NCBI GenBank assembly: GCA_964016885.1
Contig: OZ024744.1
Coordinates: 13,578,001 to 13,642,000 of the forward strand
DNA length: 64,000 nt
Direction of reading: 5' to 3'
From: Eledone cirrhosa
Taxonomy: Eukaryota
Shown here: positions 28,901 to 42,000 of the stretch, in pieces
Numbering within the stretch: the stretch's first letter is position 1
Layout: every line of letters begins with the position of its first letter
Program-made: the position numbers and the translations under genes
Notes under the pieces: model-generated
What the model was told of the DNA's origin: nothing
Database searches by the model: none
What the model saw: the letters and a program-made list of their open reading frames with translations, nothing else

Positions 28901-31700
28901 TAAATTGAGAGATCACAACTCCCATACTATGGACATGTGGTTAGAATGTCTCAGTAGATCAGAGAGTCACTCCAGTTAAAGCCACTCTCTAAATTGAGAG
29001 ATCACAACTCGCATACTATGGACATGTGGTTAGAATGTCTCAGTAGATCAGAGAGTCACTCCAGTTAAAGCTACTCTCTAAATTGAGAGATCACAACTCC
29101 CATAGTATGGACATGTGGGTAGAATGTCTCAGTAGATCAGAGTGTCACTCCAGTTAAAGCCACTCTCTAAATTGAGAGATCACAACTCCAATACTATGGA
29201 CATGTGGTTAGAATGTCTCAGTAGATTAGAGAGTCACTCCAGTTAAAGCCACTCTCTAAATTGAGAGATCACAACTCCAATACTATGGACATGTGGTTAG
29301 AATGTCTCAGTAGATCAGAGTCTCACTCCAGTTAAAGCCACTCTCTAAATTGAGAGATCACAACTTCCATACTATGGACATGTGGTTAGAATGTCTCAGT
29401 AGATCAGAGAGTCACTTTAGTTGAAGCCACTCTCTAAATTGAGAGATCACAACTCCAATAGTATGGTCATGGGGTTTGAATGTCTCAGTAGATCAGAGTG
29501 TCAATCCAGTTAAAGTTACTCTCTAAATTGAGAGATCACAACTCCAATACTATGGACATGGGTTTTGAATGTCTCAGTAGATCAGAGAGTCACTCCAGTT
29601 AAAGCTACACTCTAAATTGAGAGATCACAACTCCAATACTATGGACATGTGGTTAGAATGTCTCAGTAGATCAGAGAGTCATTCCAGTTAAAGCCACTCT
29701 CTAAATTGAGAGATCACAACTCCCATACTATGGACATGTGGTTAGAATGTCTCAGTAGATCAGAGAGTCACTCCAGTTAAAGCTACTCTCTAAATTGAGA
29801 GATCACAACTCCCATACTATGGAAATGTGGTTAGAATGTCTCAGTAGATCAGAGAGTCACTCCAGTTAAAGCCACTCTCTAACTTGAGAGATCAGAACTC
29901 CCATACTATGGACATGTGGTTAGAATGTCTCAGTAGATCAGAAAGTCACTCCAGTTAAAGCTACACTCTAAATTGAGAGATCACAATTCCTATACTATGG
30001 ACATGGGATTAGAATGTCTCATTAGATCAGAGTGTCACTCCAGTTAAAGCCACTCTCTAAATTGAGGGATCACAACTCCCATACTATGGACATGTGGTTA
30101 GAATGTCTCAGTAGATCAGAGAGTCACTCCAGTTAAAGCCACTCTCTAAATTGAGAGATCACAACTCCAATACTATGGACATGGGGTTTGAAAGTCTCAG
30201 TAGATTAGAGTGTCACTCCAGTTAAAGTTACTCTCTAAATTGAGAGATCACAACTCCAATACTATGGACATGTGGTTAGAATGTCTCAGTAGATCAGAGA
30301 GTCACTCCAGTTAAAGCTACTCTCTAAATTGAGAGATCACAACTCCCATACTATGGACATGTGGTTAGAATGTCTCAGTAGATCAGAGAGTCACTCCAGT
30401 TAAACTACTCTCTAAATTGAGAGATCACAACTCCCATACTATGGACATGTGGTTAGAATGTCTCAGTAGATCAGAGAGTCACTCCAGTTAAAGCCACTCT
30501 CTAAATTGAGAGATCACAACTCCCATACTATGGACATGTGGTGAGAATGTCTCAGTAGATCAGAGAGTGACTCCAGTTAAAGCTACTCTCTAAATTGAGA
30601 GATCACAACTCCTATACTATGGACATGGCATTAGAATGTCTCAGTAGATCAGAGTGTCACTCCAGTTAAAGCCACTCTCTAAATTGAGAGATCACAACTC
30701 CAATACTATGGACATGTGAATAGAATGTCTCAGTAGATTAGAGCATCACTCCAGTTAAAGCCACTCTCTAAATTGAGAGATCACAACTCCAATACTATGG
30801 ACATGTGGTTAGAATGTCTCAGTAGATCAGAGTCTCACTCCAGTTAAAGCCACTCTCTAAATTGAGAGATCACAACTTCCATACTATGGACATGTGGTTA
30901 GAATGTCTCAGTAGATCAGAGAGTCACTTCAGTTGAAGCCACTCTCTAAATTGAGAGATCACAACTCCAATAGTATGGTCATGGGGTTTGAATGTCTCAG
31001 TAGATCAGAGTGTCAATCCAGTTAAAGTTACTCTCTAAATTGAGAGATCACAACTCCAATACTATGGACATGGGTTTTGAATGTCTCAGTAGATCAGAGA
31101 GTCACTCCAGTTAAAGCTATACTCTAAATTGAGAGATCACAACTCCAATACTATGGACATGTGGTTAGAATGTCTCAGTAGATGAGAGAGTCATTCCAGT
31201 TAAAGCCACTCTCTAAATTGAGAGATCACAACTCCCATACTATGGACATGTGGTTAGAATGTCTCAGTAGATCAGAGAGTCACTCCAGTTAAAGCCACTC
31301 TCTAACTTGAGAGATCAGAACTCCCATACTATGGACATGTGGTTAGAATGTCTCAGTAGATCAGAAAGTCACTCCAGTTAAAGCTACACTCTAAATTGAG
31401 AGATCACAATTCCTATACTATGGACATGGGATTAGAATGTCTCATTAGATCAGAGTGTCACTCCAGTTAAAGCCACTCTCTAAATTGAGGGATCACAACT
31501 CCCATACTATGGACATGTGGTTAGAATGTCTCAGTAGATCAGAGAGTCACTCCAGTTAAAGCCACTCTCTAAATTGAGAGATCACAACTCCAATACTATG
31601 GACATGGGGTTTGAAAGTCTCAGTAGATTAGAGTGTCACTCCAGTTAAAGTTACTCTCTAAATTGAGAGATCACAACTCCAATACTATGGACATGGGGTT
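13300..31700. repeat. Central higher-order-repeat (HOR) domain; most common unit 17 monomers (1512-1513 bp), range 10-23 monomers
   Basis: The marker CTTGAGAGATCAGAAC occurs at 14495, 16363, 18408, 20098, 21076, 22677, 24190, 25702, 27481, 28371, 29883 and 31306. Co-ordered markers include the GTTAAACTAC 1-bp deletion, GGGATTAGAATGTCTCATTAG, GAGTCTCACTC, CTTCAGTTGAAG and GGGTTTTGAA. Boundaries are approximate. Confidence 0.85.
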
Positions 31701-34700
31701 TGAATGTCTCAGTAGATCAGAGAGTCGCTCAAGTTAAAGCCACTCTCTAAATTGAGAGATCACAACTCCAATACTATGGATATGTGGTTAGAATGTCTCA
31801 GTAGATCAGAGTGTCACTCCAGTTAAAGCTACTCTCTAAATTGAGAGATCACAACTCCCATACTATGGACATGTGTTTAGAATGTCTCATTAGATTAGAG
31901 TTTCAATCCAGTTAAAGCTACTCTCTAAATTGAGAGATCACAACTCCCATACTATGGACATGTGGGTAGAATGTCTCAGTAGATCAGAGAGTCACTCCAG
32001 TTAAAGCCACTAATTCTCTAAATTGAGAGATCACAACTCCCATACTATGGACATGGGGTTTGAATGTCTCAGTAGATCAGAGATTCACTCCAGTTAAAGC
32101 CACTCTCTAAATTGAGAGATCACAACTCCAATACTATGGACATGGGGTTAGAATGTCTCAGTAGATCAGAGTGTCACTCCAGTTAAAGCCACTCTCTAAA
32201 TTGAGAGATCACAACTTCCATATTATGGACATGTGGTTAGAATGTCTCAGTAGATCAGAGAGTCACTCCAGTTAAAGCAACTCTCTAAGTTGAGAGATCA
32301 CAACTCCAATACTATGGTCATGTGGTTAGAATGTCTCAGTAGATCAGAGAGTCACTCCAGTTAAAGCCACTCTCTAAATTGAGAGATCACAACTCCAATA
32401 ATATGGACATGGGGTTTGAAAGTCTCAGTAGATCAGAGTGTCACTCCAGTTAAAGCTACTCTCTAAATTGAGAGATTACAACTCAAATACTATGGACATG
32501 GGGTTTCAATGTCTCAGTAGATCAGAGAGTCACTCCAGTTAAAGCTACTCTCTAATTTGAGAGATCACAACTCCTATACTATGGACATGGGGTTAGAATG
32601 TCTCAGTAGATCAGAGTGTCACTCCAGTTAAAGCCACTCTCTAAATTGAGAGATCACAACTCCCATACTATGGACATGTGGTTAGAATGTCTCAGTAGAT
32701 CAGGGAGTCACTCCAGTTAAAGCCACTCTCTAAATTGAGAGATCACAACTCCAATAATATGGACATGGGGTTTGAAAGTCTCAGTAGATCAGAGTGTCAC
32801 TCCAGTTAAAGCTACTCTCTAAATTGAGAGATTACAACTCAAATACTATGGACATGGGGTTTCAATGTCTCAGTAGATCAGAGAGTCACTCCAGTTAAAG
32901 CTACTCTCTAAATTAGGAGATCACAACTCCCATACTATGGACATGTGGTTAGAATGTCTCAGTAGATCAGAGAGTCACTCCAGTTAAAGCTACTCTCTAA
33001 ATTAGGAGATCACAACTCCCATACTATGGACATGTGGTTAGAATGTCTCAGTAGATCAGAGAGTCAATCCAGTTAAAGCTACTCTCTAAATTGAGAGATC
33101 ACAACTCCTATACTATGGACATGGGGTTAGAATGTCTCAGTAGATCAGAGTGTCACTCCAGTTAAAGCCACTCTCTAAATTGAGAGATCACAACTCCCAT
33201 ACTATGGACATGTGGTTAGAATGTCTCAGTAGATCAGGGAGTCACTCCAGTTAAAGCCACTCTCTAAATTGAGAGATCACAACTCGCATACTATGGACAT
33301 GTGGTTAGAATGTGTCAGTAGATCAGAGAGTCACTCCAGTTAAAGCCACTCTCTAAATTGAGAGATCACAACTCCCATACTATGGATATGTGGGTAGAAT
33401 GTCTCAGTAGATCAGAGAGTCACTCCAGTTAAAGCCACACTCAAAATTGAGAGATCACAACTCCAATACTATGGACATGTGGTTAGAATGTCTCAGTAGA
33501 TCAGAGTGTCACTCCAGTTAAAGCCACTCTCTAAATTGAGAGATCACAACTTCCATACTATGGACATGTGTTTAGAATGTCTCAGTAGACCAGAGATTCA
33601 CTCCAGTTAAAGCTACTCTCTAAATTGAGAGATCACAACTCCCATACTATGGACATGGGGTTTGAATGTCTCAGTAGATCAGAGAGTCACTCCAGTTAAA
33701 GCTACTCTCTAAATTCTGAGATCACAACTCCAATACTATGGACATGGGGTTTGAATGTCTCAGTAGATCAGAGAGTCACTTCAGTTAAAGCTACTCTCTA
33801 AATTGAGAGATCACAACTCCAATACTATGGACATGGGGTTTGAAAGTCTCAGTAGATCAGAGTGTCACTCCAGTTAAAGCTACTCTCTAAATTGAGAGAT
33901 TACAACTCCAATAATATGGACATGGGGTTTGAATGTCTCAGTAGATCAGAGAGTCACTCCAGATAAAGCTACTCTCTAAATTGAGAGATCACAACTCCCA
34001 TACTATGGACATGTGGTTACAATGTCTCAGTCGATCAGAGAGTCACTCCAGTTAAAGCCACTCTCTAAATTGAGAGATCACAACTCCAATACTATGGACA
34101 TGTGGTTAGAATGTCTCAGTAGATTAGAGTGTCACTCCAGTTAAAGTTACTCTCTAAATTGAGAGATCACAACTTCCATACTATGGACATGTGAGTAGAA
34201 TGTCTCAGTAGATCAGTGAGTCACTCCAGTTAAAGCCACTAATTCTCTAAATTGAGAGATCACAACTCCCATACTATGGACATGTGGTTAGAATGTCTCA
34301 GTAGATCAGAGAGTCACTCCAGTTAAAGCTACTCTCTAAATTGAGAGATCACAACTCCCATACTATGGACATATGGTTAGAATGTCTCAGTAGATCAGAG
34401 AGTCACTCCAGTTAAAGCCACTCTCTAAATTGAGAGATCACAACTCCAATACTATGGACATGGGGTTTGAAAGTCTCAGTAGATTAGAGTGTCACTCCAG
34501 TTAAAGTTACTCTCTAAATTGAGAGATCACAACTCCAATACTATGGACATGGGGTTTGAATGTCTCAGTAGATCAGAGAGTGGCTCAAGTTAAAGCCACT
34601 CTCTAAATTGAGAGATCACAACTCCAATACTATGGATATGTGGTTAGAATGTCTCAGTAGATCAGTGTCACTCCAGTTAAAGCTACTCTCTAAATTGAGA

Positions 34701-36050
34701 GATCACAACTCCCATACTATGGACATGTGTTTAGAATGTCTCATTAGATTAGAGTGTCAATCCAGTTAAAGCTACTCTCTAAATTGAGAGATCACAACTC
34801 CCATACTATGGACATGTGGGTAGAATGTCTCAGTAGATCAGAGGGTCACTCCAGTTAAAGCCACTAATTCTCTAAATTGAGAGATCACAACTCCCATACT
34901 ATGGACATGGGGTTTGAATGTCTCAGTAGATCAGAGATTCACTCCAGTTAAAGCCACTCTCTAAATTGAGAGATCACAACTCCAATACTATGGACATGGG
35001 GTTAGAATGTCTCAGTAGATCAGAGTGTCACTCCAGTTAAAGCCACTCTCTAAATTGAGAGATCACAACTTCCATACTATGGACATGTGGTTAGAATGTC
35101 TCAGTAGATCAGAGAGCAACTCTCTAAGTTGAGAGATCACAACTCCAATAATATGGTCATGTGGTTAGAATGTCTCAGTAGATCAGAGAGTCACTCCAGT
35201 TAAAGCCACTCTCTAAATTGAGAGATCACAACTCCAATAATATGGACATGGGGTTTGAATGTCTCAGTACATCAGAGTGTCACTCCAGTTAAAGTTACTC
35301 TCTAAATTGAGAGATCACAACTCCAATACTATGGACATGGGGTTTGAATGTCTCAGTAGATCAGAGAGTCACTCCAGTTAAAGCTACTCTCTAAATTGAG
35401 AGATCACAACTCCAATACTATGGACTAGGGGTTTGAAAGTCTCAGTAGATCAGAGTGTCACTCCAGTTAAAGCTACTCTCTAAATTGAGAGATTACAACT
35501 CAAATATTATGGACATGGGGTTTCAATGTCTCAGTAGATCAGAGAGTCACTCCAGTTAAAGCTACTCTCTAAATTGAGAGATCACAACTCCCATACTATG
35601 GACATGTGGTTAGAATGTCTCAGTAGATCAGAGAGTCACTCCAGTTAAAGCTACTCTCTAAATTGAGAGATCACAACTCCCATACTATGGACATGTGGTT
35701 AGAATGTCTCAGTAAATCAGAGAGTCACTCCAGTTAAAGCCACTCTCTAAATTGAGAGATCACTACTCCCATACTATGGACATGTGTTTAGAATGTCTCA
35801 GTAGATCAGAGAGTCAATCCAGTTAAAGCTACTCTCTAAATTGAGAGATCACATCTCCTATACTATGGACATGGGGTTAGAATGTCTCAGTAGATCAGAG
35901 TGTCACTCCAGTTAAAGCCACTCTCTAAATTGAGAGATCACAACTCCCATACTATGGACATGTGGTTAGAATGTCTCAGTAGATCAGGGAGTCACTCCAG
36001 TTAAAGCCACTCTCTAAATTGAGAGATCACAACTCGCATACTATGGACAT
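31560..36050. repeat. Partial duplication of a ~32-monomer block (offset about 2856 bp)
   Basis: TGGATATGTGG occurs at ~31781 and ~34637 (offset 2856 = 32x89 + 8). GCTCAAGTT, GTGTTTAGAATGTCTCATTAG and CTCAAATA...GGGGTTTCAATG are shared in the same order. Confidence 0.65.
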
Positions 36051-39000
36051 GTAGTTAGAAAGTCTCAGTAGATCAGAGAGTCACTCCAGTTCAAGCCACT
36101 CTCTAAAGTGAGAGATCACAACTCCCATACTATGGACATGTGGTTAGAATGTCTCAGTAGATCAGAGAGTCACTCCAGTTAAAGCCACTCTCTAAATTGA
36201 GAGATCACAACTCCAATACTATGGACATGTGGTTAGAATGTCTCAGTAGATTAGAGTGTCATTCCAGTTAAAGCTACTCTCTAAATTGAGAGATCACAAC
36301 TTCCATACTATGGACATGTGAGTAGAATATCTCAGTAGATCAGAGAGTCACTCCAGTTAAAGCCACTAATTCTCTAAATTGAGAGATCACAACTCCCATA
36401 CTATGGACATGTGGTTAGAATGTCTCAGTAGATCAGAGAGTCACTCCAGTTAAAGCTACTCTCTAAATTGAGAGATCACAACTCCCATACTATGGACATG
36501 TGGTTAGAATGTCTCAGTAGATCAGAGAGTCACTCCAGTTAAAGCCACTCTCTAAATTGAGAGATCACAACTCCAATACTATGGACATGGGGTTTGAAAG
36601 TCTCAGTAGATCAGAGAGTCACTCCAGTTAAAGCAACTCTCTAAGTTGAGAGATCACAACTCCAATACTATGGTCATGTGGTTAGAATGTCTCAGTAGAT
36701 CAGAGAGTCACTCCAGTTAAAGCCACTCTCTAAATTGAGAGATCACAACTCCAATAATATGGACATGGGGTTTGAATGTCTCAGTACATCAGAGTGTCAC
36801 TCCGGTTAAAGCCACTCTCTAAATTAAGAGATCACAACTTCCATACTATGGACATGTGGTTAGAATGTCTCAGTAGATCAGAGAGTCACTCCAGTTAAAG
36901 CCACTCTCTAAATTGAGAGATCACAACTCCAATACTATGGTCATGTGGTTAGAATGTCTCAGTAGATCAGAGAGTCACTCCAGTTAAAGCCACTCTCTAA
37001 GTTCAGAGATCACAACTCCAACACTATGGGCATGGGGTTTGAATGTCTCAGTAGATCAGAGTGTCACTCCAGTTAAAGTTACTCTCTAAATTGAGAGATC
37101 ACAACTCCAATAGTATGGACATGGGGTTTCAATGTCTCAGTAGATCAGGGAGTCACTCCAGTTAAAGCTACTCTCTAAATTGAGAGATCACAACTCCAAT
37201 ACTATGGACATGTTCGTTAAAATGTCTCAGTAGATCAGAGGGTCATTCCAGTTAAAGCCACTCTCTAAATTGAGAGATCACAACTCCCGTACTATGGACG
37301 TGTGGTTAGAATGTCTCAGTAGATCAGAGAATCACTTCAGTTAAAGCTACTCTCTAAATTGAGAGATCACATCTCCCATACTATGGACATGTGGTTAGAA
37401 TGTCTCAGTAGATCAGGGAGTCATTCTTGTTAAAGCTACTCTCTAAATTGAGAGATCACAACTCCCATACTATGGACATGTGGTTAGAATGTCTCAGTAG
37501 ATCAGAGTGTCACTCCAGTTAAAGCCACTCTCTAAATTGAGGGATCACAACTCCCATACTATGGACATGTTGTTAGAATGTCTCAGTAGATCAGAGAGTC
37601 ACTCCAATTAAAGCCACTCTCTAAATTGAGAGATCACAACTCCAATACTATGGACATGGTGTTTGAAAGTCTCAGTAGATTAGAGTGTCACTCCTGTTAA
37701 AGCTACTCTCTAAATTGAGAGATCACAACTCCAATACTATGGACATGGGGTTTGAATGTCTCAGTAGATCACAGAGTCGCTCAAGTTAAAGCCACTCTCT
37801 AAATTGAGAGATCACAACTCCAATACTATGAACATGTGGTTAGAATGTCTCAGTAGATCAGAGTGTCACTCCAGTTAAAGCTACTCTCTTAAATTGAGAG
37901 ATCACAACTCCCATACTATGGACATGTGGTTAGAATGTCTCAGTAGATTAGAGTGTCATTCCAGTTAAAGCTACTCTCTAAATTGAGAGATCACAACTCC
38001 CATACTATGGACATGTGGGTAGAATGTCTCAGTAGATCAGAGAGTCACTCCAGTTAAAGCGACTAATTCTCTAAATTGAGAGATCACAACTCCCATACTA
38101 TGGACATGTGGTTAGAATGTCTCAGTAGATCAGAGAGTCACTCCAGTTAAAGCCACTCTCTAATTTGAGAGATCACAACTTCCATACTATGGACATGGGG
38201 TTTGAATGTCTCAGTAGATCAGAGATTCACTCCAGTTAAAGCTACTCTCTAAATTGAGAGATTACAACTCCAATACTATGGACATGTGGTTAGAATTTCT
38301 TAGTAGATTAGAGAGTCACTCCAGTTAAAGCCACTCTCTAAATTGAGAGATCACAACTTCCATACTATTGACATGTGGTTAGAATGTTTCAGTAGATCAG
38401 AGAGTCACTTCAGTTAAAGCCACTCTCTAAATTGAGAGATCACAACTCCAATAGTATGGTTATGTGGTTAGAATGTCTCAGTAGATTAGAGAGTCACTCC
38501 AGTTAAAGCCACTCTCTAATTTGAGAGATCACAACTTCCATACTATGGGCGTGTGGTTAGAATGTCTCAGTAGATCAGAGAATCACTCCAGTTAAAGCTA
38601 CTCTCTAAATTGACAGATCACAACTACCATACTATGAACATGTGGTTAGAATGTCTCAGTAGATCAGAGAGTCACTCCAGTTAAAGCTACTCTCTAAATT
38701 GAGAGATCACAACTCCCATACTATGGAAATGTGGTTAGAATGTCTCAGTAGATCAGAGAGTCACTCCAGTTAAAGCCACTCTCTAAATTGAGAGATTACA
38801 ACTCCCATACTATGGACATGTGGTTAGAATGTCTCAGTAGATCAGAAAGTCACTCCAGTTAAAGCTACACTCTAAATTGAGAGATCACAACTCCCATACT
38901 ATGGACATGTGGTTAGAATGTCTCAGTAGATTAGAGTGTCAATCCAGTTAAAGCTACTCTATAAATTGAGAGATCACAACTCCCATACTATGGACATGTG

Positions 39001-42000
39001 GGTAGAATGTCTCAGTAGATCAGAGAGTCACTCCAGTTAAAGCCACTAATTCTCTAAATTGAGAGATCACAACTCCCATACTATGGACATGTGGTTAGAA
39101 TGTCTCAGTAGATCAGAGAGTCACTCCTGTTAAGCCACTCTCTAAATTGAGAGATCACAACTTCCATACTATGGACATGTGGTTAGAATGTCTCAGTAGA
39201 TCAGAGAGTCACTCCAGTTTAAGCTACTCACTAAATTGAGAGATCACAACTCCCATACCATGGACATGGGGTTTGAATGTCTCAGTAGATCAGAGATTCA
39301 CTCCAGTTAAAGCTACTCTCTAAATTGAGAGATCACAACTCCAATACTATGGACATGGGGTTTGAAAGTCTCAGTAGATCAGAGTGTCACTCCAGTTAAA
39401 GCTACTCTCTAAATTAAGAGATTACAACTCCAATACTATGGACATGTGGTTAGAATGTCTCAGTAGATTAGAGAGTCACTCCAGTTAAAGCCACTCTCTA
39501 AATTGAGAGATCACAACTCCAATACTATGGACATGTGACTAGAATGTCTTAGTAGATCAGGGAGTCATTCTTGTTAAAGCTACTCTCTAAATTGAGAGAT
39601 CACAACTCCCATACTATGGACATGTGGTTACAATCTCTCAGTAGATCAGAGAGTCATTCCAGTTAAAGCCACTCTCTAAATTGAGAGATCACAACTCCCA
39701 TACTATGGACATGTGGTTAGAATGTCTCAGTAGATGACAAAGTCACTCCAGTTAAAGCTACACTCTAAATTGAGAGATCACAACTCCCATACTATGGACA
39801 TGTGGTTAGAATGTCTCAGTAGATTAGAGTGTCAATCCAGTTAAAGCTACTCTCTAAATTGAGAGATCACAACTCCCATACTATGGACATGTGGTTAGAA
39901 TGTCTCAGTAGATCAGAGAGTCACTCCAGTTAAGCCACTCTCTAAATTGAGAGATCACAACTTCAATACTATGGACATGTGGTTAGAATGTCTCAGTAGA
40001 TAAGAGAGTCACTCCAGTTAAAGCTACTCACTAACTTGAGAGATCACAACTCCCATACCATGGACATGGGGTTTGAATGTCTCAGTAGATCAGAGATTCA
40101 CTCCAGTTAAAGCTACTCTCTAAATTGAGAGATAACAACTCCCATACTATGGACATGTGGTTAGAATGTCTCAGTAGATTAGAGTGTCAATCCAGTTAAA
40201 ACTACTCTCTAAATTGAGAGATCACAACTCCCATACTATGGACATGTGGGTAGAATGTCTCAGTAGATCAGAGAGTCACTCCAGTTAAAGCGACTCATTC
40301 TCTAAACTGAGAGATCACAACTCCCATACTATGGACATGGGGTTTTAATGTCTCAGTAGATCAGAGATTCACTCCAGTTAAAGCTACTCTCTAAATTGAG
40401 AGATCACAACTCCAATACTATGGACATGGGGTTTGAAAGTCTCAGTAGATCAGAGTGTCACTCCAGTTAAAGCTATTCTCTAAATTGAGAGATCACAACT
40501 CCAATACTATGGACATGGGGTTAGAATGTCTCAGTAGATCAGAGTGTCACTCCAGTTAAAGCCACTCTCTAAATTGAGAGATCACAACTTCCATATTATG
40601 GACATGTGGTTAGAATGTCTCAGTAGATCAGAGAGTCACTCCAGTTAAAGCAATTCTCTAAGTTGAGAGATCACAACTCCAATACTATGGTCATGTGGTT
40701 AGAATGTCTCAGTAGATCAGAGAGTCACTCCAGTTAAAGCCACTCTCTAAATTGAGAGATCACAACTCCAATAATATGGACATGGGGTTTGAATGTCTCA
40801 GTACATCAGAGTCTCACTCCAGTTAAAGTTACTCTCTGAATTGAGAGATCACAATTCCTATACTATGGACATGGGGTTTGAAAGTCTCAGTAGATCAGAG
40901 TGTCACTCCAGTTAAAGCTACTCTCTAAATTGAGAGATTACAACTCCAATACTATGGACATGGGGTTTGAATGTTTCAGTAGATCAGAGAGTCACTCCAG
41001 TTAAAGCTACTCACTAAATTGAGAGATCACAACTCCCATACCATGGACATGGGGTTTGAATGTCTCAGTAGATCAGAGATTCACTCCAGTTAAAGCTACT
41101 CTCTAAATTGAGAGATAACAACTCCAATACTATGGACATGTGGTTAGAATGTCTCAGTAGATTAGAGTGTCAATCCAGTTAAAGCTACTCTCTAAATTGA
41201 GAGATCACAACTCCCATACTATGGACATGTGGGTAGAATGTCTCAGTAGATCAGAGAGTCACTCCAGTTAAAGCCACTAATTCTCTAAATTGAGAGATCA
41301 CAACTCCCATACTATGGACATGGGGTTTGAATGTCTCAGTAGATCAGAGATTCACTCCAGTTAAAGCTACTCTCTAAATTGAGAGATCACAACTCCAATA
41401 ATATGGACATGGGGTTTGAAAGTCTCAGTAGATCAGAGTGTCACTCCAGTTAAAGCTACTCTCTAAATTAAGAGATTACAACTCCAATACTATGGACATG
41501 TGGTTAGAATGTCTCAGTAGATTAGAAAGTCACTCCAGTTAAAGCCACTCTCTAAATTGAGAGATCACAACTCCAATACTATGGACATGGGGTTAGAATG
41601 TCTCAGTAGATCAGAGTGTCACTCCAGTTAAAGCCACTCTCTAAATTGACAGATCACAACTCGAATAATATGGTCATGTGGTTAGAATGTCTCAGTAGAT
41701 CAGAGAGTCACTCCAGTTAAAGCTACTCTATAAATTGAGAGATCACAACTCCAATACTATGGACATGGGGTTTGAAAATCTCAGTAGATCAGAGTGTCAC
41801 TCCAGTTAAAGCCACTCTCTAAATTGAGAGATCACAACTCGCATACTATGGACATGTAGTTAGAATGTCTCAGTAGATCAGAGAGTCACTCCAGTTAAAG
41901 CCACTCTCTAAAGTGAGAGATCACAACTCCCATACTATGGACATGTGGTTAGAATGTCTCAGTAGATCAGAGAGTCACTCCAGTTAAAGCCACTCTCTTA

